Shown here in pieces: positions 13,296-26,013 of a stretch of DNA of 64,000 bases (positions within the stretch are counted from its first letter, which is position 1; each line of letters opens with the position of its first letter). Source of the stretch: Anthoceros angustus. Lineage: Eukaryota; Plantae; Anthocerotophyta. The position numbers and the translations under genes were made by a program. Location: NCBI GenBank assembly GCA_010909165.1, contig VJWM01000220.1:124001-188000 (forward strand), read 5' to 3'. The notes below the pieces were generated by a model. It saw only the letters and a list, made by a program, of their open reading frames with translations, had not been told where the DNA came from and did no database searches.

Positions 13296-14130
13296 ATGCA
13301 CTTCGTGAACTTTCTGAGCTTGTTGCTCCTGACGGGAGTGGCCCTGGCAGCAGGGCTCCAGGATGCGCACCCAGCTCTCAGCTCCGAGACCGAGACCCCC
13401 CAGTACAGCGTGGTGCACACGGAGTCCGACTTCCAGATCCGGCTCTACAGGCGCAGTGTGTGGGCCTGTGCTACGGTCACCGATGCCTCCTTCCTTGCTG
13501 CCACGGTCAAGGGATTCCACAGGTCAGACCTCTTCTTCTTCAATCTCCGTCTTCTGCTTCTGCTTTAGCTTCGTCTTCGTCCTGGCCTTGAACCCGTGGG
13601 TGACTTGCCGTGTTGTGGTTATGGGCAGGTTGTTCCAGTACATCGAAGGAGCCAACTTGAATTGGTCGCACATCCCCATGACTGCGCCGGCGCTGACAGG
13701 CCTGAACCCCACAGCCGGGCCCTTCAGCTCCGCCGCCTACATCGTCCGGCTCTACCTGCCCACAGCCTTCCAGGATGTGCCGCCCACCCCAATCCCTGAG
13801 GTGGATGTGGGGTTCGAGCGCTGGCCTGAAGTGTGCATCGCCACCCGCACCTTCTCCGGCTTCGCCAAAGACAACAACGTCGCCAAGGAGGCAGCCTCCC
13901 TGGCTGCCAGCCTGGAGAGGAGCCCCTGGGCGAACGCCACTGTAGGTGCCCCTGTGCCTGGCAGGGACTCCTACGCCATCGCCCAGTACAGCGGGCCCTT
14001 CACCATTACCGGGAGAGTGAACGAGGTGTGGGTCACCCTGCCCGACTCCTTCCTCAAATACGGTTGCCAGGCTCCGGGAAATTCAGCCTCGGACTCTGCC
14101 TCTGCCTGTGAAGGAAAGTGTACAGTGTAG
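13296..14130 (+). CDS. SOUL/heme-binding family protein with signal peptide, 2 exons
   Basis: ETPQYSVVHTESDFQIRLY, GFHR|LFQYIEGANLNWSHIPMTAP, YAIAQYSGPF...RVNEVW; intron at about 13523-13629. Confidence 0.9.
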
Positions 14131-14245
14131 GACTCAGCATGTCCATAGTCATGGCTTCCTTGAAGCAGCTTCTCTTGTTATATAGTACCTACAAGCCTTG
14201 GAGAGACTGGAATTCCGAGCCTCCTCCTCCTTTGTTGCTGAACAA

Positions 14246-15075
14246 TTAAGAGTGTTTGGGAAACTTATCAAAGTTCACCACATCAAGCATGTTTTCTCTC
14301 GGTTCCCTGAGCAGTGCTGGCCGCCTGGGTCCATCCCATCGTCTTTGCAGAACTTGCAGAGCCTTCCGTGCAATCTCAAAAGGCAGAAAGTCTCCTCGCA
14401 AGCCTCTCCTTTCCACCTCCTCTTCCATCACGTCCATGATAACCATAGGATCGAACGGGCCAAACCCGGATGCAAAGAATGCTCCACACGCCTGCAAGCC
14501 ACACCAGGAAACATGTTACATCCTCTCATTCTCTTCTCATGTGCCTAAGGGCCTGCATGATGGCGTGCAAATAGGCACCATCTCACCTCGGCACAGGCTG
14601 CCCCGATCTTGGAGCTCTCCTCGCTGTCTAGGCCTCCCTCCACAAGCTCTGATCTCAGCTGCTCCTTCAGCCACTCCACTTCCTGGTGCTTTAGGGTTAT
14701 GGCACAAGGGCAAGGCAATGCAAAATGCAGGAATTGTTGCCATCCAGGCTTATTGTAAGATGCTTCCCTGCATTGGATTGCAGGAACTGTAAAAATGCCT
14801 GGCAGAGAAGGAGGAACGTGCACCAACCTGAACTCCAAACTCGCCACTGTTGGAGGCTGAATTCCCCAGCCTGAATGCCCGCAGGCTTGAAGAGCGGGAG
14901 CCGGGCGCACCCAGGGTTGCTGGCAGCAAGGAATCGGAATGGCGACGCCAGCCCCTGGCAGCGGGCCCGGCGAGGCAGCAGGAGGAGGCCGGGAGGGGCC
15001 CCTTTCGGTGCAGCCCTAGCTGAGACAAACCGCGGGTGAAGCATCTGCATCCACCACCAAAGGCAAGCGCCATCG
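14246..15075 (-). CDS. Small uncharacterised, probably plastid-targeted protein; 5' exon structure uncertain
   Basis: In-frame GT-AG join AACAE|ACGAFF (intron 14587-14492); EVEWLKEQLRSEL...FLPFEIARKALQVL; N-terminal region rich in Ala/Arg/Pro. Confidence 0.5.
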
Positions 15076-15381
15076 CAGCGGGACGAGACAACTCACAGCG
15101 CTACAACACGACATCCCATGCTGCTGATGCTATGGCTGAACTGGATGCGGATTGCGGAAGCTGGCGATTTGCGCAAAGCGCATATGCCTCGCTGGGACAC
15201 GACATGTGTCGTGTGATATGACCTATACGGCAAGCACATCAAATGGTCCGTCCTCAACCCCTTCATCTGCCTCTGCCATCCTGACCCTCAGCCACAGCCA
15301 CAGCCACAGCAACCTTCCTGCTTCCCGCAAGTTTCCGCTTCCTTCTGCTCTCGTCTCCTCCCGCACTCTCCAACAACAGGT

Positions 15382-16067
15382 ATGGCACAATCTGGGCTCC
15401 TCGCGCTGCTGCTGCTTCTTGCAGCTGCGGCCTGCGCCTCCGCGAGCGTGTTCGACGTGCTGTACGAATACGGCCTCCCCAGCGGCCTGCTGCCTCCCAC
15501 CGTCACCAGCTACAAGCTTTCCGCCAACGGCGAATTCTCCGTGGAGCTTGCGGGAGAGACCTACTGCACATTCGAGGACAAGGTGTACTATGAGAAGCAG
15601 ATCACCGGCACGCTTTCCTACGGGGCCATCAAGAATCTGAGCGGGATCAAAGCCAAGCAATCCATCTTCTGGTTCTCCGTCACCGGCATCCGCGTGGACG
15701 TGCCCAGCACTGGCTTCATCTACTTCGACGTCGGCTTCGTCTCCAAGAAGCTGTCCCTCACCCTGTTTGAGGGTATCCCCACCTGCACCAAAGGTGCCGT
15801 AGTGGCTGCTCAGGACCTCGGCCTTTCCTTCGCGTCTTGGCTGGACCAGGTGAGTTTTCCATGTCTGCAAGTTACCACTCATTTCCACCAGCACCATTCT
15901 TTGCTGGGCATTTCTTTACATTCTGTGTTACCTGGTGATGACTTGTCCTGCATCTTACATTTCTGCGCTGTTCTTGATGGCAGGCTCTGTCTGGGAAGCT
16001 CGCTGTCAATGCTCCCAACAATCTGAACAGGAAATTCGCTCAGACAGCCTGAGCGATGCCGGTTGAG
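15382..16067 (+). CDS. DUF538 family secreted protein
   Basis: Signal peptide, then SVFDVLYEYGLPSGLLP, ITGTLSYGAIKNLSGIKAK, IYFDVGFVSKKL; donor after 15849; short last exon inferred. Confidence 0.88.
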
Positions 16068-18029
16068 CTGGTGGTAGGGCTTGCCAAGTGGAGAATATGG
16101 GCACACCTGCATACCCGTAAATAAGGAGGAGGAGTCGTGGAAGATACATATGTATAGTTGTCTTGTTAGCTAGTAATGTATTGGAACGCCAGCAAGGTTG
16201 CAAGCTCCCTAAGGGGCTATGCTCTTCGGTGTTTTCCCTGGATAAAGCTGTGCAAGCGGCCTAGTCTACCGAGATTGTGATATGCGCAGAGTTGCTAGAA
16301 ATTTGCCTCCAATGCAGGGTGACCCCTTTCCAACAAGCGTGCATATGTTGTTCCGAACGGATATGGCATACATTTTGGATGACAGAAATGGCAAACCCTT
16401 TTTCTTCTGCTCTGTCTCCAAGTACAACCTGGAAAGGTGTAAACCGCTGTCTGTGAGACATCGTGTTCTGTCACTCCCTTGTCATTTTCTGCAACCTTGC
16501 GAGATCGATCTCTTGTATGTACATACTGGCTGCGTGTTCAGACCAAGGACGGTGGGCCGGACAGCAATGTGTCCACTATCATTGTCGGATGCTTTTTTTA
16601 TTTTTTATTTGAAACCCGATTTTAATTTTGATCGCTAAAATCAGGGCTTTCTGAGATAGATAGATGCCTCGGCAGATTCAATATGTCAGTCGAAGTCCAC
16701 ACCCTCCTGCCGTGTAACAGCAGCCCAGATGGAAGATGTGCTGTTCTGCTTGTTACCACACTGATCTGTTCTGTAGCACGCAGCAGAACTGCTGGTGTTC
16801 CAGGATCACACCAGGGATGACATGCCAGTTCTTGAAGGAGAAGATCGTCGGACCCAGCGAGGAGTCCCACGAGCAGGATGTGGAAGTCACAGTGCAACCC
16901 AAAATAAACAAACAGTGCAAGCAGGAACTTGAAGTCCAATTTGAGGCACTTCCAGAGGCCATGGGCAACAGGATGAGATTGAAGTACAGTGATAGTGCTC
17001 ACACTAGCTAACAGATTTTCGCAAAGAAAAACCGTGTATTCACAACCAACTTCCAGACTCTGTATCCATGATGGTGCAGTGATTCCGACTTGCTCTCTGA
17101 CTGCTTGTGCGATTGTCAAAAAAAATTCTTCATATTCACAGCTCTCGAGTGATCAGCGAACGTTTTGAGCCAACAGGACTCAGCATGCATCATTCAGCCT
17201 GAGTTGAGGTGACATCCTGTAGGCTTAAACGCATGTTTGGGCCTAGGAGTCGTGCTGTCGCACTAGTTTGCCCTTTTGCTTCCATTTCCTTCATAAAGAC
17301 GTCCCATCATTCGGATGCGATTGCAACCCCTTGTTCACATACAACATCCATCAACAGATACGACAGAAATGTCCTGTTCCGTATACAAATGCTCAAGGGC
17401 AATTCGTGGCCACAACTGCCCTGTTATGCAGAGTTCCACGTCTTCAACTTCTATTGCCTGCCAGCACATACCCAAGTACGCACAATCCTGCCCTCTGAAA
17501 ATCACACCGAGGTCAAGGATACTCTGCTGTGGTTGTTCCCACACCTGACATGGTCTGCACCAGTTTCACCTCTCCAAACTGTAGTGATGACCAGTTCTCG
17601 AGGATCACCAAACAAGCAAGCAAAGCAGCCTGCTGCAAACAATGAAATCCAACCTGAGTTCCAAGGACAGCAACACAGTGCGGGACTTGCTACTTTGGGG
17701 GGCTGTCGTCAAACTGCATGATATAGTACATACGAGGGTTGATGGGGAAGTCGTAGGAGAGCAGGACCCGTCTAGAAACCCCCAGACGAGCGGAATGTGG
17801 AAGCAAGAGCGCCAGAGCATTCCAAAATAACAAACCGTTCAGGCAGGTACTTAGTCCGATGTCGAGGGACGTCCAGCGGCCATGCCCTACGCCTACGCCA
17901 CATATACATTGCAGGAACGATCGGATTCAAGTACAATGATAGCGCACGCACAAGCTAAAGGAGTTTCCAATCTGAATTTGCCAGTCCAACAATTCCTACC
18001 CTCCTGGCAGTGGGGAGGGCACGGTTGCC

Positions 18030-20394
18030 ATGGCCTTTGGCTACCTGGTGGTGTGCTCACCCGTAGACGTGGGCGTTACCTGCTGGGATTTGGCAACGGG
18101 AGCTCCCTTGACGCATCTGCGCTCCTGTGCGGCTCCCCGCAATGCTCTGACCTGCATAGGAGATCATTATCTAGCTGCCGCTCAGGTGCATAAGCCTCCC
18201 GCCGCCGGAGGCTCCATCTTCTTCTGGGCTTGGCACAAGGTGAGCCGCCGCCTTTGTTTGCGTTGCTGCGCCAGGCAGTTACTTGCCTGGTGCAAATTGG
18301 GTGCTGGGTTCTGGTGTGGCCATTGACTGCTGCAGCCCATGGATGCTCAACGCTGTTACAGAATCAAGTTGCGGTGAAAAGCTTTCCGGTTGAACCCATC
18401 GGACCGCTCGCCTCTACGATTGACGGAACCTATCTCGCTGGTGGTGGCAGCTCCGGAAGAATTTACCTGTGGGAGGTGGGCAGAATGGTTTTTTCAACAC
18501 ATGGCTTTGCTACTCCCCAGCCTATGCCACATCTGGGTCTCGCTTTTGTTGGACAGACAGAATGGAATGGTGGGTGTGACATTAGATCATCTGGCTTGTG
18601 TTCAGATACCTACTGGCAAGCTCGTCAAAGTTTGGCCAGGGCACTACAAAGCCGTAAGCTGTCTAGTTTTCTCTGATGATGATTCTCTGCTCATTTCTGG
18701 CGCTGAAGATGGGCTTGTCAACGTGTGGAACCTGGTCAGGTGGGTGTGTCCTACATTGGTGTGTTGTCTCCTGTGACCTCAAATTCTGGAAAGCCCTATG
18801 CACAGCTTCAGTAGTATTTGGTTCAATTTACTTCCATCATGTCTGCAAGCCTTTGTGCAAGTATATGTGTGGACGGAGTTCTTCTCCAAAAACAGGGCTT
18901 GAGAAGTCTTACCCTTAAATTTGTTTCCACAGCTTTTGAGGTAGCTGAAGTTTGCAGTGTTACAGGGTGGCAGATGCTATGGAGGACACAAACATGGTGG
19001 AAGCACAAGTGCCAGCAATGTATGGGTGGTCAGATCACACTCTCCCAGTGACCGGGCTTTTGGCTGGCTCAGGCTCATCAAGTGCCATTGTGGTATCTTG
19101 TTCGCTGGATCATACTTGCAAGGTGTCTGAACTTTTAGCTCTGTCCTATTCAGCGTTTAAATTATGTCCTGAGGTTCTCTGGTCTGTAATACGGAGCGAC
19201 ATGTCCTTTGTGCAGATATGGAGCCTTGCATTAGGAACACTTCTCCGATCCATAGTTTTTCCGACAGCATTAAATGCTGTGGCCTTAGACACTGGGGAGT
19301 ATGCTTTGTATGCTGGTGGAACAGATGGCAGGATATTCATCACGGCTCTTAATTTCGGAGTACCCACCACTTCTGGCATCATCGGGGATGGCCTCCTTGG
19401 AACAGATGCTGCCCTTGTTGGCCACAGGTGATGGTTGTCCGGATGATGCGGCTGTTGACAGATTTGAAAGACCCTTTTGGATTTCCACATGAGCCAATTT
19501 CTCACTTGAAGTATTATTAGGTGATGATAGCCGAGCTGTCACTGCTCTGGCATTCAGCATGGATGGAGTGTCGCTAGTGTCTGGTTCAGAAGATGGAACT
19601 GCACGAGTATGGGATACCGTTAGTCGCCAGGTGGTCCGGACCTTTACCCACAGCAAAGGTAAGATACTTTAATTGTGGGTCCTTGCAGCACCTGTTGATG
19701 ACGAGAATACAATTGTGGCAATAGTATGCATGGTGTAGCTCCAGAGCCCATCACTTGTCACTGATTTGAGCTGTCTCTGCAGGCCCGATAAGCAACCTAC
19801 TGGTATTGCCTCGACCGCCCACATTGCAAGCTGGGTCTACAGCAGAGCAGCAAGGCCGCAAAAGAGTAGCCATCCTTCCAGTGGCGCAACTTGCAAAGTA
19901 TACGGTTCCAGAAACAACATCTCAAGATCAGAATCCCTGGGATGGCCCATTGGTCGTCCTGCCTTCCAACGATGATGAAGATCAGGCACTGTGCTATAGT
20001 CAGGTCGCCATGGAACGCCAAATCAAGGAACTGGAGGTAAGGCAACTGTGTCTTCCCTTCATTGACATGCAGGCCTTCTTCAATCTCCTGCTGAATTATG
20101 CTGACCACTTCGTATTGCTTCATGTCATGTTGCTCGCAGCAACGAGGGTCGACCGCTGCAATGCAGATGGAGTTGGAGCGATTGAGATCAGAACTGCGGC
20201 GGGCTCTGAACAATGGTCAGCAATGGCAACAGCTTCACCAGGAGCTGTATTGTTTTTGTGTTGATGAGCTTATGGGGCCAGCCAACAAGGATAGAGAGGA
20301 GGAGGACGAAAAAGAAAGTGAGAAAGACAGAGAAAAAGAAAAGGAGAAAGGAAGGGCTCGTGGTAAGGTGGCTGATAAGAGTAGAGATAAATGA
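18030..20394 (+). CDS. RID3: WD40 protein ROOT INITIATION DEFECTIVE 3 / WDR18 (Ipi3) homologue
   Basis: CWDLATG, VKSFPVEPIGPL, GGGSSGRIYLWE, HYKAVSCL, HTLPVT, SLDHTCK|IWSL, C-terminal coiled coil. Confidence 0.85.
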
Positions 20395-20856
20395 CCGCAT
20401 TCCCAATTTTGACCGCATCGGTGAGTAGGTTCTGCAGTAGACTGGGCATCTTCCCACTTGTGGGACGTGCTTGCGATAGGTACCGGTTGAGGAGACTAGT
20501 AGCTAGGAAGGAGCAACGTGTTTTGGACTTCCACACTTCAAGAGCGTGGATTTTGACGCATGCGAGGGATTCTTGGCGTGGGAAACAACCACTGTCTGTA
20601 AAGTACATCTGCAGAATGGTATAACATGGAAGACCCACCAGATGGCTAGTTCCCCCATCATACCCCTCATTGCACGATAGTGGAAAGCGCATTAGATATG
20701 GGTCTCACAACGGGAAGAAACAAGTTTCAGTCGAACTGGACTACACCGCGGGGTCGGGGCTGTGCCTGGACGGAGGACTTGCTAAAAGACTCAACACACA
20801 GTGAATACACAACTGAAGCTACATTGCATTGCCTCATTCCTGGCCCCAACTGTGCT

Positions 20857-21976
20857 TTAAGAGGCTGCCTGAAAGCCAATGACACCTGCAGAACCCACCC
20901 CACGAAACCATAGTCAGATAAGCCACGCACTCTAAAGACAGAACCAGCAAAACAACAGACAACTTTACTTACCACATGCAATTCTTCCTCCGGCATTTCC
21001 TGTCTGCTTGCTGAGCTCATGACCACCTGCACAAACACATGGAAGTAGACGCTCAGATGGGACTTATTGCTCCAGTTTAAAACGGAGAACTCTGCAGAAA
21101 CTCATACTGCTTAAGATACCTTTTCCAAGATCGTCACGGTCAGCATGAACAACCACAGCACGGCCAACAATAGAGTTGGGACCAGAGAGTGGAATCTACA
21201 CAAGAATATGTCAGCTCCAACACACGCGCATCCACAGTGGAAGGATTTAGAGAACACGAAAGCACATGGTCCTAGGAAGTAACAAACCTGAGCGTCGTGA
21301 AGCTGTAGGATTCCGACACCTGAAAAATCACGAAGCCGAGTAATGCTCAGAAAACCATCGTTCTTGACCATAAGCCAACTGGCAAGTGCTGGGAGACTGC
21401 AGAAACAAGTGGTGGAGACAACTACCATCCGGTCCAGCTTCAATGTTGCCAAGATCTCCTGCATGGCGGACGGGATCCTGAGGACCACCATGCTCCTTGC
21501 TTTCGGGATTGAAATGCGCCCCTGCAGATCCATATTGTGACTGACGTTAGAGGCAGTGTGGCATCCTAAAATCCATCAGAACCGGGAGAAAGCCTGAAAA
21601 GCATCCCCAAAACGGAAGACGGAGTCTCAAAATTTACCAGTAGACAAGCACCCGTTCGTGGTGTCACCTAGAGCGTGCACATGGAAACCATGTGGCCCTG
21701 GCTGCAGACCCTCGACTCTTGCATCCACGAAAGTCTTGCCTGTTCTCACACAATTGCACAGGGAGTGGTAAGGAAAGCTAGGCAATCCAGACATAACAGC
21801 AACCATCAAGCTACGGCAGTACAGAAGCACACAACGTGCAAGAAGATGGCCAGATAACGACGGAGTGGCAAATCTGGACACGCACCGCTGCCGTCGTCCG
21901 TGAAGGTCACCACTCCTTTAGTGCTCGGAGTGATGTCGCTGCCGACAAGAACGGCTACAGCTTTGAGGGGAGCCAT
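20857..21976 (-). CDS. CSD: Cu/Zn superoxide dismutase, cytosolic type, 7 exons
   Basis: [76 protein letters not shown]. Confidence 0.95.
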
Positions 21977-22381
21977 CTTTCACTGCCGGAACTGGAGAGG
22001 GTCCCGCGATGCAACAAAGGCGCAAGCCGTGAAAGTGAAGAGCCAATGCGAACGAATTTCAATGAACAGAAGATTCCAGACTTTCCCCTGCTGAAGCCCG
22101 AACTGACGCTTAACCGTAGTTTGTTCCGTGCGATGAGGAAACTTCCGAGGCTGCTGCACAGGGCTCTGCCACAGATTCGGAGCTGATTGGCTGGAGCTGT
22201 CTTGTCGTCTCTAGGTGACCGCATTACAATCACGATGGAAACGCTTAGGAACGAAGCGTAGGTCGATGTCTCGTCACTCTCGTGTAATCGCATTCTTGCA
22301 AGAGGCCAAGAAGAGAATTGCTCTCTGAATTGGAAGCTGAGGATCGGCCTGGGCCAGCTTGCATGTGCTGGGCCTTGCCAG

Positions 22382-23516
22382 ATGAGCTCTGCGGCTTTCT
22401 CAGCACTCGTGCCGGGTAGTGCCGGCTCGATTGCTGCTGAGACCCATCGTGGCAAACCGTGGTTGTGGAGATCGGGCTCAATGATCTGGAGCCCTAGGAA
22501 ATCCAAGGTTAGTCGTGTCAAGGGGCGGACGCGGACCGGTGCAGGCATACATATTGATCGAAGGCACCATCTTGATCGATCCTGGAGGCGGCAGCAGGTG
22601 GAGCTTCCCTTGCTTTATTTTTGCACTGGGTTGGAGCTTGTGGCGTAGCTCCTGGATCCTTAAAGAGCTGGTTGCTGACTCACTTTTGTAGACGCTTTCA
22701 GGAGGAAGAAGCTCGTCAGGCTGAAGCAGAGGTGACTTGCCCCGTGGACTGTGTCCGGGAGGTGTTCAATTTCGCAGAATTTGAGAAGGTTTTGAAGGAA
22801 GCAGAAGCTTCAAATGACCTGGTTTGTTCTTCTCTTAGTTTTCTGATTGGCTTTGCTTGTGTGAACCTCTGTCTTGTTTTAAAGCTTACTGCAGGCAACC
22901 TGTGTAGGTGGTGGTTGACTTCTACAATTCATCCTGTGGAGCCTGTAAATATGTGCTTCCTCAATTTGTGAAAATGTGCAAGATGGTAAGACAGCCTTTC
23001 TCGGGAGGACCTTGTCTCAGGCTCAGCAGCTTAAGATGGCTCATACTTGGGTTCTTATTTGCTACGTGCATTTCATCTGATGTCAATGTAGGGATTGAGT
23101 GAGGAAGAACGTGACGTCGAGTCTCAAAGAGGGGTTCTATTTGTGAAGCACAATGTTCGAGATGAATATGATGACTTGACGGTATTCATTGCATGTCTTT
23201 CCATGAGCTACCGCACTTCGTGCAGATGTCAGTTGCTTCGCAGTCTTCAAGTAGTAGCACTGAACCACCCATGACCAACAGGACATGGCCAGATTTTACT
23301 CAATCCGACACGTGCCAATGTTTTCTTTCTTCATGGTGAGTCTGCTGATGTGCAACAAGCAGTTTCCTCCCGGTGCTTAAGCCGGTTCACTCCTCTGAGG
23401 CTTAGAGCTATGTTGTCCTTCTCTTCCAGGATGGATCTAGGGTGGAGCAGTTTCCTACGAGGGATCGAGCGCGTCTGGAACAGTCAATATCTCGTCTTCT
23501 GTCGAGATACGAATAG
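22382..23516 (+). CDS. Chloroplast thioredoxin-like 4 (atypical TRX, CGAC active site)
   Basis: CPVDCVRE, VVVDFYNSSCGACKY, FVKHNVRDEYDD, FPTRDRARL; transit peptide. Confidence 0.85.
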
Positions 23517-23697
23517 ATGCATGGCCCCTGGCCGGAATTCACATTTGTAAAGATACAAGGAATTGGACAAAGTCTGAGCCGGCTGGGAACTGTCCCCGAA
23601 GCATGACGCTCGCAGATTAGCGTTAGTCTAAAACAACATTGTTGCCCGCAGTTTGTAGGGCTTGGACGATGATGTTGTAGACCACCAGCATCCGGAT

Positions 23698-24784
23698 ATG
23701 GCCGCGAGCTTGTGCAAGCCGATTTTTCTATCTGCTTCGAGCCCTGTAAGCCCTGCTCTGGCATGCATCTTGTCCTTCGCCTTCCTGTGTTGTGCTCTCC
23801 TAACTCCACCGAGGACTCCGCCTGTGGCGCAGAAGGCTCCCCAGAGCTCGGCTGGTGCTGGCGTGAAGATCAGCGTGCAGGGATTGACTAGAAGAGCTGC
23901 AAATGGGTCCCCTCTTCTGGAGGGAGTCAGCCTACAGATCATGGCTGGTGAGGTGCACGGCCTTATCGGTCCCTCGGGGAGTGGCAAGACGACGGTCCTG
24001 CGGGCGCTGAACCGGATGTGGGGGCTGTGTTTTTCGATGGGCTTGACGTCACACAATTGGATGTGATCCAGTTGCGTCGACGGGTGGGCATGTTGTTCCA
24101 AGCAGCCTGCCTGTTTGATGGTGCAGAAACTGCTCTGGCAAGCACCTTTGAGTTCTGCCGCTGTTCACGACTTGGATTTGTTCCATTCCCACAACCATCA
24201 CCAGAGATGACATGCGTCTGAACGTGCAGGGACTGTGGCTGACAACGTACGGTACGGCCCAGCTTTGAGAGGCCTCCATTTGCCGGCCGAGGAGGTTCAA
24301 GAATTGCTGCTGCAGTCGGGATTTGGGGACCCCGCTGTCAGCTTCATGCACAAGGACGTGAAGGAGCTGTCTGGCGGTGAAGCTCAACGAGTTGCCCTCG
24401 CTAGAACTCTTGCCAACAAGCCAGAAGTCTTGCTGCTTGATGAGCCGACCAGCTCGTTGGATCAGGCAAGGCCGTCTCAACCAGGATGCTGCACTTGGCC
24501 TTGTTCTCAGTTATTGCATGTGAAACGAACTGACTCTCTTTTCCTGCCACCAGACAGCCACCACCTTGGTTGAAGACACCATCGCCAAGCTACAACGAGA
24601 GCAAGGATTGACCGTAGTCCTGGTTTCGCACAGCACGGAACAGGTCAGAAGGCTGGTCTCCAGAGCTACGCTGTTGAACAAGGGCACTGTGGTGGCTTCT
24701 GGCAACCTGTGGGAGCTGCAATCTAGTGACAATGTTCTCCTTGAGCAATATTTTGCTGGAAATTCTCTCGCGGAATACACTTAG
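23698..24784 (+). CDS. ABCI17: ABC transporter I family member 17 (STAR1/NAP3 NBD); frameshift near 24020; GC-AG intron 24466-24553; start uncertain
   Basis: [59 protein letters not shown]. Confidence 0.82.
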
Positions 24785-24823
24785 ACTCAAAGTCTTAGGA
24801 GGATAGAATCCTCCTTACACACG

Positions 24824-24932
24824 GATAGAGTAGGTCAGGAAGGGCTTATGGGAAAAGTACTCCAGGGTGTCGACAACACGTTCGATAGAGTAGGTAAGGA
24901 AGGGCTTTTAGGAAAAGTACTCCAGGGGTGTC
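24824..24932. repeat. Direct tandem duplication, about 59-bp period
   Basis: gatagagtaggt(c/a)aggaagggctt...gaaaagtactccaggg twice. Confidence 0.8.
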
Positions 24933-25719
24933 ACCTACGTGTTCCTCAACGCCCTTGAACGAGCGACCGACACCGTCTGTAGCATGCTGGAACAGAGAAT
25001 TTCCGTCAACAATCAGCTAAGCCAATGGGTATCTAGCTTCTAGTCTTCCCAATTCTCAAAATGGTCTATCCCGACAACTTTCCATCATGCCTCATGTATC
25101 TGAGGACTCTAGTAAATGCTTCCTCTTCTTCTAGACCCTTAAGAATTATTCATTATATACTTTTTAGACTATATATTTTGAGATTAAAAATATATATCTT
25201 TCAGTCCATCTTTTGTTCTGAAAACGCTTAACTAAAAATGCTTAATAGAATTGAGTTTGACTGTGGACATTTGGCTCTTTATATGGATATTTACTCCTTA
25301 TAGAATTCTATAAATCCGTTGTCCTGCAAGCGATGATTAGTCAAAGAAGATTAAATTCAAACTTTTTAGGTCATATGAAGGATCCATTTTATCTATTGTC
25401 ATGCAAGCAACGATTAGTCAAATTTAATACCAAAATAACTAAGGAGTTTGAATTCAAACGTTTTAGATCATATGAAGGATCCATTTTTGCTAAAAATTTG
25501 ATAAAGGATACGATCTATTTATTTTGCTCACAATCTACTTTTTACACATAAGTTTTTTGAAATTAGTAATCTTAGAATCATGAATCTTCAATAACCTTCA
25601 AAAGTAAGAGAGAAGAGACCACTAGATTAATATAATAAAATTACAAAATAAAAGCAACGAAGTACTAAGGTAGAATTTGTAACTCAAACAAATCTTTAGT
25701 GTGTCTGGATAGCAAAATC

Positions 25720-26001
25720 TGATGAAATATATCCAGTTTAGGGCACTATTCATTAGGGCCACATTACTTAAACATTATTTTATCATCTAGGGCATTAGGT
25801 AGTTATCTATTTAATTACTCTAGGTAGTTAGTAGTTATATTAGTTACAACAACTTGATGGTTATAACAATATGGGTTATAACAACATATTGTTATAACCA
25901 CCTAACCACCTCAACCACTTAGCCTATATAAAGGCTTGTACTTTACTCTTTAATTCAATCACATTGTAGCACTTCGTGCCTAAGAGCTATGATTCTCATC
26001 A
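25720..26001 (+). repeat. 5' LTR (282 bp, TG...CA) with TATA box
   Basis: Matches the 3' LTR apart from a 15-bp insertion and about 7 substitutions. Confidence 0.95.
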
Positions 26002-26013
26002 TGGTATCAGAGC
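26002..26013 (+). promoter_or_regulatory. Primer-binding site (initiator Met tRNA)
   Basis: TGGTATCAGAGC immediately after the LTR. Confidence 0.92.

Noticed and set aside
16250-17900. ORFs between DUF538 and RID3
   Set aside because: No domain similarity or consistent splice model found.
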